Part shown: piece after piece, positions 24,700-31,801 of the stretch
How positions within the stretch are numbered: position 1 is the stretch's first letter
Layout of the letters: every line of letters starts with the position of its first letter
DNA from: Folioceros fuciformis
Taxonomy: Eukaryota
DNA: 31,801 nt
NCBI GenBank assembly: GCA_049999805.1
Contig: JBNGIO010005395.1
Location: 62,001-93,801, forward strand
Reading direction: 5' to 3'
Position numbers and translations under genes: made by a program
The notes under the pieces: model-generated
The model's database searches: none
Told to the model about the DNA's origin: nothing
What the model saw: only the letters and a program-made list of their open reading frames with translations

Positions 24700-26411
24700 T
24701 TAGTTGTAGATATAAACACCTCCAGACCAGTTGCAAGCAGCCACCACAGAAGGCATGAACGGGTGATATACAGCGTCCGTACAAACAGACTGGCCAGAAT
24801 CAGGAGTTGACAGCTTCCTCAACATTTTAGATGTCCGCCAGCTGTAGAAGCATGTGGCCCCATCCGAGGAGCCTGTCACAACGTACTCTCCATCCGGACT
24901 GAAGTTGCAACGAATAGGGAAACCGGCAACCTGGTGCCCTTCGTATCGTGTGTACTTATTCATTTTGAAGGGGGAATGTGCTGAGAAGATTGCTATATAA
25001 TTTCCATGTGATTGCGCTATAAAGCTGTCCTCATGTGGATGATAGCGAACAGCTGGACACGTATAAGCCTCGAGGTAAACCTGTATCAACAATGCACAAG
25101 CACAAAATGGCGAAGTCAGTGAGGAAACAAACATTTATCTCTGAGCGAGTCAGTTTTCAATTCCAAAAGAGTTGTGTACTGAATCATCCAATAGGAGAGG
25201 GTTCACACCGAAGGCCATTACTTGATTTGACAGAGGGACTTGTGTTTCAAGACTCCACACAATCAGTCCTTTCTCGCCAGAATTTTGCTGAGCTAGGTCT
25301 GAGCTGGAAACAAACTGCCTGCCATCCTGGTTGAAGTCGAGATCTAGTATCTGTCCCAAGCCCCTGGATAACTGCATCACTGTCGACCCTGATCTCAGGT
25401 CCCAGAGCCTTAGAAAACCCTGCGATCCCCCTGTGAGGAAGGTGTCATGCTGCAACGGATGGAACTTCGCCACGGTAACAAACTGATCTTCTACGAATAC
25501 TTGCTTCTGCGCGCCTGTCTCTACATCTGTCAACCGGGTGGTCTTGTCGTATCCACAAGAGAGCACAGCATCTCCATGACTGGACCATTGCACATCCTTT
25601 ACAGACGCTGTGTGGGCACTAATTCTTCGGACGCATTGCTGCCCTGCCCCCTTCCAGCCATTCCAGATTTTTGCCACCTCATCTACACCAGCAGTAGCCA
25701 GAAGACAACCTGCAGGGCTGCCTATCAACGGATAGCATGGCACGGCAGCTGCAGAAGACTCACACACAAAACCCCTGAGCACAATGATGAAGACCCTTGG
25801 GAATTACCATGCGTGGGCGACCACCGAACTGCATTCACACCCTTCTTATGCCCGTCCAGTTGAGCAAACAGACCCTTTGGCAGATAGTTCTCCAACGAAG
25901 CCCCTTTTTCTAGATACTGAAGCCTCCTCTGCATATGCTTAGGCAGCTGGGAGGTGAGAACCCGCCTAGACTCTGCAAAACAAGAGGCATCCAGGGTTGG
26001 CCACTCCACTTATTCCCCAACAGCACGAGCAGTTGCCTTCTAGAGCAACAAGGCAGCAATGAATCAAGGGTGCAAGGGAAAGACAGAGGAACCAGGTAAT
26101 GGCAAGACCGGAGAAGTAGATTGAACAGCAGGCCCATCTGAGGCCGCGGCTGCGGAGGCCGCTGCCTGGGCCCTCTCCCGCTTGGAAACATAGCGGCCCG
26201 GATGAGGCTGCAGAGGCTGCCGCGCCAATTCTCCACCGGCGGCATGCTGGGTGGTGTCAAGGCCCCGGGCAGACGGAGATGGCGCGTAGTGTGCCAGGCC
26301 ACTAGGCAAGGGCCCAATCAGCTTGGCCCGCTTGCCAGCCCTTTCACCGCCCTGGCCCTCACTGTCGCACTCGTTGTCCGAGGCCTCATACGCAGACAAC
26401 AGCGCATCCAT
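24700..26411 (-). CDS. WDR25: WD40-repeat protein WDR25-like, 4 exons, ~450 aa
   Basis: Minus-strand exons 26411-26093, 25972-25808, 25709-25222, 25080-24700; 1353 nt in frame. N-terminal MDALLSAYEASD and PGRYVSKRERA; WD repeats GHKKGVNAVRWSPTHG, HTASVKDVQWS, LRLWDLRSG; family segments PLSNQVYLEAYTCP, FIAQSHGNYIAIFS, YEGHQVAGFPIRCNFSPDG. Confidence 0.92.
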
Positions 26412-26592
26412 GGCAGACAAACCCTCATCCGCTCCGCCAGCAATTCACGTGTCGTGAGCGAGCACCAGTTTCGGCATGCACAGGCGTCGGAGCCGAGCAA
26501 GCAGATGCAGCTGACACGAGTTCGGCGGGATCGCGATCTCTAGTTCACCTCCCCCGCGATGCTCGCCCTGACCGGTAGAATTGAAACGGAAC

Positions 26593-26673
26593 TGGTGGTT
26601 CCACCCCCAAAGCGCATTCGCTGTCGACAAGTGCTGGAGGGTCCACCGCAAAAGCGCACTCGCTGTCGACACA
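26593..26673. repeat. 42-bp-period degenerate tandem duplication upstream of WDR25
   Basis: TGG.GG.TCCACC.C.AAAGCGCA.TCGCTGTCGACA at 26593 and 26635. Confidence 0.75.
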
Positions 26674-26735
26674 AGCTGAAAGGAACAAAGGAATGACCAA
26701 GATAGGTAATTGACTTCAGGCAGAATAGGCAGGAG

Positions 26736-27047
26736 ACCCGGCTCACTGCAGCCTTGTTGCCGTTTGCTCCTGACCGGTCATCGCTGTTCTCTACTTCGTC
26801 TCTTGGCCGCAGCGTGTCTCATACTGCAACCTTGCTCCTGACCGGACATGGTTGTTCCATACTTCGTTTGCTCCGGAGGCTAAGGCAAGGTGGAAGACGG
26901 TGAGCAGGAAAAGGATGCACGTGGACTGTATTCTTCAACCGTGGAGCAACAATGAAATGGGCAGGACAAGTTCGAGACAGCCCAGTTCCCTGGGCCTTGA
27001 ACCAAGGCGATCAGTTCAAAAGAACGAGAGAGTGACATTTGTAAATT
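26736..27047 (+). pseudogene. Decayed duplicate fragment of STICHEL exon 3
   Basis: Aligns by eye to ~21858-22133. Shared blocks include GGCTCACTGC.GCCTTGTTGC.GTTTGCTCCTGA.CGGTCATCG, TCTTCAACCGTGGAGCAACAATG and TTGAACCAAGGCGATC.GTTC.AAGAACGAG.GAGTGACATTTGTAAATT. It carries substitutions, indels and an internal re-duplication. Confidence 0.88.
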
Positions 27048-27131
27048 ATCAATCATTGAGCAATAAGGCTTATTATAAAACCATCACTTTACAATACATT
27101 CCTTACTTCGGTTAAGTCCTCACAATCTATA

Positions 27132-27360
27132 ATCTACGTGCTACTCCTCCTTGGTGCATTAGCTTTGAGAAACCTATCTACATGCTACTCCTCCTTGGTG
27201 CAGTAGCTTTGAGAAACCTGTTTAGCTTAAGAGTTTGCTCTTAAATAGATAAATCTCAAATGGCAGGTAAAGGATTATTCAATAAATTGACAAGCTTCTA
27301 AAAGTGCTTGAAGGTTAAGATGTTCATAAATTGACAAACATCTAGAAGTGGTTGAAGGTT
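27132..27360. repeat. Two adjacent, unrelated 44-bp-period tandem duplications downstream of the GDSL gene
   Basis: 27132-27175 and 27176-27219 differ by 2 mismatches. ATAAATTGACAA..TCTA.AAGTG.TTGAAGGTT starts at 27282 and 27326. Confidence 0.85.
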
Positions 27361-27383
27361 TAGTTCACATAGGTTGATAAGCT

Positions 27384-28716
27384 CTAAAATCGAGTGAAGT
27401 CTGGATTGCATGATGCAAGAGCATCGGGAGGATCAATATGGGAACCATTGAAGATGAACCTAACTATCCATTTATGGACTGCTTCAGTGGGATGGATGCC
27501 GTCCCAATTGGTGTAAACATTTGGATCTGAACATACTGTGGCTACCACATGTTGTCCATTGGGTGCAATATAACCTGGATCTCCACATCCTGCTAAACGG
27601 TCATAATTATATTGACCTCCTACACCACAACAAGCCCTTGAGAGGTTATAAAACCCATATTTCGTGTGATTGCTTGCAATATCCAGTATGGCTGCATAGT
27701 AATCAACATACACAATCTTTGCAGATTCAAGCTCATTGCGCAACGTTTGGATTCCTGTAAACAGTTGATCATTGTGATTTTCAAACACATTATTGAAAAT
27801 GGTGTAACAACCATAGGCATCAAGATCGCTTGCATTTCTTGGAGGTACAAATGTAAGGAATTCAGGAGTGCAGGAAATTGGTGGTAAGTTGAAGATCAAA
27901 AAGTACTGCACCCCCAAATTATACAAGTATCTCACATTCTCAAGGGTTTCAGAAACAACACTTGGTGTCAGAGCCATCATTTGAGATACTGTTTCATTGT
28001 GCCAGAATATTGCTGCATCGTAGTCATTTCCGCCAATGCAAATCATATAAAGCGCATTAGGAAGTTGAGATGCTTGTGGTAAAGATTGATTGAACCAATC
28101 AAAGTTCTTGGGTTGTTCTACTATACTTCTTTGAAACCTTTCAAACCACTTTGTTTGAGCCTCAAAGTTAAATGGTACTAAAAATGTAATGTTAGTTACA
28201 GTAGCCCCTGAGGTAGCGAAATTCACACCATGTTGGAAATTCATGCCCACATTCCGCAAGTATGGATCAAGCAAAGGAAGACGCAATGCTTGAGCTGCAA
28301 ACAGTTTCAACCAAGTTTCAGTCTAGCATAATTCAATCCTGTAATTATAATAGGTTAAAAAATAAAGACAAAATATATAAATATTCAAACTAAAACTTGA
28401 AAAAAAAATTTAAGAACCCCATACCCAATAAATCTATTATTAATCGTCCATCTGAAAACCGATTAACTGGTTTGCCGAAGTAGGTGATTCCATAAGGATG
28501 TCGAGTGGGAGCGTGTTGCCAGGAAAATACAGCTTGACCGTTTCCTGTATCTGTCAGTGAATCCCCGAACGCAAATAATGCTGGAAATGCACATTCGTCG
28601 GCCGTGAATGCGTTTTGTGAACTACTGACGACCAACCCCGGATAGATCACAATAGATATAAGAAAAATAATCCTTAACGGCATAAGTCGCCACGGTAGTG
28701 GTACAAAGTATCCCAT
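27384..28716 (-). CDS. GDSL esterase/lipase (SGNH hydrolase), secreted, 2 exons, ~400 aa
   Basis: Minus-strand exons 28716-28425 and 28294-27384; 1203 nt in frame. Signal peptide, block I FAFGDSLTDTGN, RFSDGRLIID, HGVNFATSGA, block III IGGNDY, ACCG and block V WDGIHPTEA; the catalytic Ser, Asp and His are present. Confidence 0.95.
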
Positions 28717-30387
28717 GTTTCAGCTTATATGCTACAAGAAGACGAGAAACAAGTACGTTAGCATACAAGCCGCGTGAGATGAAGATAGCTATGTACAGGC
28801 AAAGATACATTCCATGCTCAAAAGTACCTGAGGTGCAATACACGCACGCGAGGGAACAGAAATGGAGACAAGACGGAGTAGACGCTGGCAAGCTCTGAAA
28901 GGCTGCGATCCATGCACACAAAGCCTCAGTAGCCTGTGCACATTCCCCCCAAAGCCTAAGATGCTGGAGGCCTGGTGTCCTGTATGCCGTTGCAACCTCC
29001 CGTAGTCTGAGAAGAAGTCGTAGGTGTGTGACAGCGCACTGCAGTCGATTGAGTTTGCATTTGGATCGGCTTCCAGGATGCCTGCGTCCTTTCGCCTCCC
29101 TTGGAAGGTTCGAGATCGCTCTTCAAACCAGAGCTGAAGAGCAGAAGTGGCTGGAGAAGCGCAAGGGTTGTGAATAGGTCAGGTTCTGGAAAGTCCCTAA
29201 GCTGATCCACAGCTAATGTCCTGTTACCCGGCCTTTTTGAAATCTGTAAGGTCTGCCGGTTGTGAGCGGCTAAGGGGACGTGTTTGAATGCATCCTGTGC
29301 TGTTAACGCTGGCGGCGAGACAGACGTGTGCAGCAAGTCAAGGTGTAGGGTACAGGTTACAGTTATGACCTGTCTCCAGTCTGCACGTTTTCTTTCCTTT
29401 GAAAAGTATGCATGCACAATCGGAATGCCTAGATAGGGTTCCCCTCTCCTTCCAATCGCCTCTGTCATTTCAGATTCGACAGGGTTTGCTCTAGAATCAG
29501 TTTCAGCTTGTGGATATGCATGGTTGAGCTAGCTACCAAGAGTGCAACTGATGTCAATTGTGTGGTCTGTGGTGATAGAGCTGGCTGCTGGTCGAAATTG
29601 GCAATGTACAAGCATCACCTCGAAAGTTTGATCCGAGCGTAGGTATTGAGTCACCAGATAAGTGACTTGTCCCAACAAGTGTAGAGTGTTCTCTTTGACA
29701 TTCCTGACTTGCCAGGTGGATATCCGCAAGAGAATTCTGACCTGCATGCGCTGGAGGCTTCACGAATTTTGCTCAGCTTTGCCTCAAGTCGGGAAACTCG
29801 ACCTATCGAGACTAGTGAGTGGCTACGGCGACAAATTCGACATCCTGGAGTCCTTTGCCATGTCTAGAGAACGGTTGCGCTGGCAGGCAGTAGCTTGTCA
29901 CTGTGTGCTGCATCCTGCACGGGTCTGTCTCACCGTGCAGGATGTCTGCAGCATATAGTTTACAGGTGCCTCCAATCTCCATGCTTGTCTGGAATGCCTA
30001 ATTACTGAATGCCTAATTCCCGATTATAAATCAGCTCTCCTTTCCATTGCCTGGACTGACACCGTTGTTCTGCCAAACGTGGTCAGGGCAAACGATGATG
30101 GAGCGATTCTGCAGGTCGAAACTGCTCTTGTTCACGGACAAAGGCGTGAACGTGTGGACTAAGAGATAGGAACGCATGACCGTGAGCAAAGAGTAACCGA
30201 GTAATCCGAGTAACCCTTAAATGAGAGGTTGCAAGCATGAACTGAAAGGTGGCGAGGCAAATTCCGCAGCATCTTGCTCGAGGATCTTGTTAGTGGCCCC
30301 ATCGCCCAAAGACACGGGCCAGCGCTTATAACCGTGCGCCGTTTTGCCAGCGATGGTCCTCCGATACGTGATTCCCCTGCAGAATGC

Positions 30388-30487
30388 AACTAAGTGTGGT
30401 GAAGTGATTGTTGCCCTGCGGACTGTAACTAAGTGTGGTGAAGTGATTCCCTTGCTGCGGATGGTAACTAAGTGGGGTGAAGTGACT
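30388..30487. repeat. 39-bp minisatellite, ~2.6 copies, downstream of the BPS1-like stop
   Basis: AACTAAGTG(T/G)GGTGAAGTGA at 30388, 30427 and 30466. The intervening segments are related to each other (both contain CTGCGGA). Confidence 0.85.
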
Positions 30488-30681
30488 TGAGTGCCCTGTA
30501 CCCTACAGTGAAGTAGCGGCAAAGCTTGAGTAGGTTGCACGTCATCATGCCCGCGGACGCTGCATTGTTGCTTCTGAGCAGCAGCAACCAGTGTTCTGGA
30601 GCTAGTGTGGTATCCGGAGCAGGTGCCGTTCACACACAGAACGAGCTTGTCGATTGTCAACTGTGTAACCACATAGCATAT

Positions 30682-31710
30682 TCACAAGAGATTGAGGGAG
30701 CTGGAAGTCAAGCTATTCATAACATTGATCCGACTAGTAGTCAAGGCGTTGGACAAGTCCTTGATCCGGTGCTCCAAGGGCGCCGATCCTGTCTCCAATT
30801 CCGTGGTTGATGTGCGCAAAATCTCCACCAGCTTGCCGAGATCGTTCACCTGCTCCTGCGTGAGGGGGAAGGACGCCCTGCTGGTGAGCAAATAATCCAA
30901 GAAGTGGGACGCCTTCCTGACCGCAGTATCCACGGCGTCCAGTTCCTGAAGAAGGGTAAGAGGCGACCTGGCCCTGCGGCTGTCCGTCTCCTCCTTCACC
31001 TTCTGCTGCAGGGTGAGAAAAGCTTGGGACCATAGATGGCCTTGGCCGACGGTGATAAGCGGCGGAGGTTTTCGCGGCCGGAAGGAGATGGCGGCCACGA
31101 GCAAGGCGCACACGAAAATTGTCATCACCTTGGCACCGTAGGCGGCAAGTAGGAAATCCTCGCCCTCCCGGACAGTCCCCTGGTACGGCTTGGATGCGAC
31201 GAGCTTATCCCCCAAGCTCCGGAGGATGGAGCCGTAACTGTCGAGCCGGGACTTGTTATTGTGGTGCGAGAGGGATCCGGACCCGGGAGAGAGCTCGTCC
31301 CGCCGTACCACCGCCTCCTTGCAATCCACCAGCGCGCTCCTTGCGCGGCGGAACTGCACCTCCGTGCCGCCGACATCATGCGGGCCGGGCCCTAACGCAT
31401 GCAATGCCAGATGCAGCAGGCGGAGGTAATTGTCCACATCCGCCAGCCCCTCCCGGAGAACATTGCAGCAGTCCAGGAGCTTGGCGCTGTTGTCCATGTA
31501 GTCATCCACCCACTTGTTGTCGATCGCTGCGGCGGCCCGCAGATGCGGCAGCAGCGCATCCGCCTCCGCATGTGTGTCCAGCGCGCACGCCAACGCCTGC
31601 TGCAGCCAAGGCAGGCTGAAGTAGGCCGCGTCCGCCGCGGTCTTCAGCGCCTCCAGCCGCGCCGCCAACCCCTTCTCGAAAGCGTCCAGCGGCGCCGTCC
31701 TCTGCGTCAT
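30682..31710 (-). CDS. BPS1: BYPASS1/ROH1-like protein (DUF793), single exon, ~342 aa
   Basis: ORF from ATG 31710; an in-frame ATG-AAT-TGA at 31776-31768 limits extension upstream. Motifs: LDAFEKGLAARLEAL, FSLPWLQQAL, WVDDYMDNSAKLLDCCNVLREGL, AYGAKVMTIFVCALLVAA, WSQAFLTLQQKVKEE, LLQELDAVD, LEHRIKDLSNALTTSR. Confidence 0.88.
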   Translation of the reverse strand: MTQRTAPLDAFEKGLAARLEALKTAADAAYFSLPWLQQALACALDTHAEADALLPHLRAAAAIDNKWVDDYMDNSAKLLDCCNVLREGLADVDNYLRLLHLALHALGPGPHDVGGTEVQFRRARSALVDCKEAVVRRDELSPGSGSLSHHNNKSRLDSYGSILRSLGDKLVASKPYQGTVREGEDFLLAAYGAKVMTIFVCALLVAAISFRPRKPPPLITVGQGHLWSQAFLTLQQKVKEETDSRRARSPLTLLQELDAVDTAVRKASHFLDYLLTSRASFPLTQEQVNDLGKLVEILRTSTTELETGSAPLEHRIKDLSNALTTSRINVMNSLTSSSLNLL

Positions 31711-31801
31711 CGACCCGCCGCTCCCTTCCTCGCGCCCCGGCAAATGCAATGCCGCTCCGCCAATCCCTCAATTCATAGTCCGCCACTCCGGCTTACAGCA
31801 A

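Noticed and set aside
28969..28989. 16/21 match to miR160 (GGCCTGGTGTCCTGTATGCCG)
   Set aside because: There are five mismatches including three central ones and no star arm nearby. A match of this level is roughly expected by chance across both strands and the conserved miRNA set.
29520..29642. CVVCGDRA resembling a nuclear-receptor zinc finger
   Set aside because: The ORF is only 40 aa, lacks the second Cys pair, and the family is not known from plants.
30388..30487. CRISPR-like repeat-spacer appearance (22-bp constant block plus 17-bp variable block)
   Set aside because: The spacers are too short and resemble each other, there are no cas genes, and the context is eukaryotic. It is a degenerate minisatellite.

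Overview
Eukaryotic, gene-dense land-plant nuclear DNA with short (~80-300 nt) introns, a plant-type CCCTAAA telomere motif and one 100-N scaffold gap. The compact architecture suggests a hornwort or other non-seed plant; this is inference. I assembled nine protein-coding genes by hand from splice sites, and every multi-exon model joins in frame: UDP-glucose 4-epimerase (+), an intronless membrane-anchored orphan (+), a plastid-type RimM fused to a UDP-GlcNAc pyrophosphorylase domain (+), PDCD2-like (-), an 11-exon PH-domain protein (+), STICHEL-like (+), WDR25 (-), a GDSL esterase/lipase (-) and a BPS1/DUF793 protein (-). The most interesting observations are these. (1) The RimM fusion keeps an apparently complete UAP active site behind a transit-peptide-like leader, so it may supply UDP-GlcNAc in the plastid, for example for chloroplast peptidoglycan. 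(2) PDCD2-like needs two GC-AG introns. (3) A decayed copy of STICHEL exon 3 and a copy of sequence 3' of WDR25 flank an AT-rich, intron-poor GDSL gene. (4) There are two sharply bounded AT-rich gene islands. (5) Six unrelated tandem duplications all have a 39-44 bp period. No prokaryote-type system (CRISPR, IS, operon) is supported.
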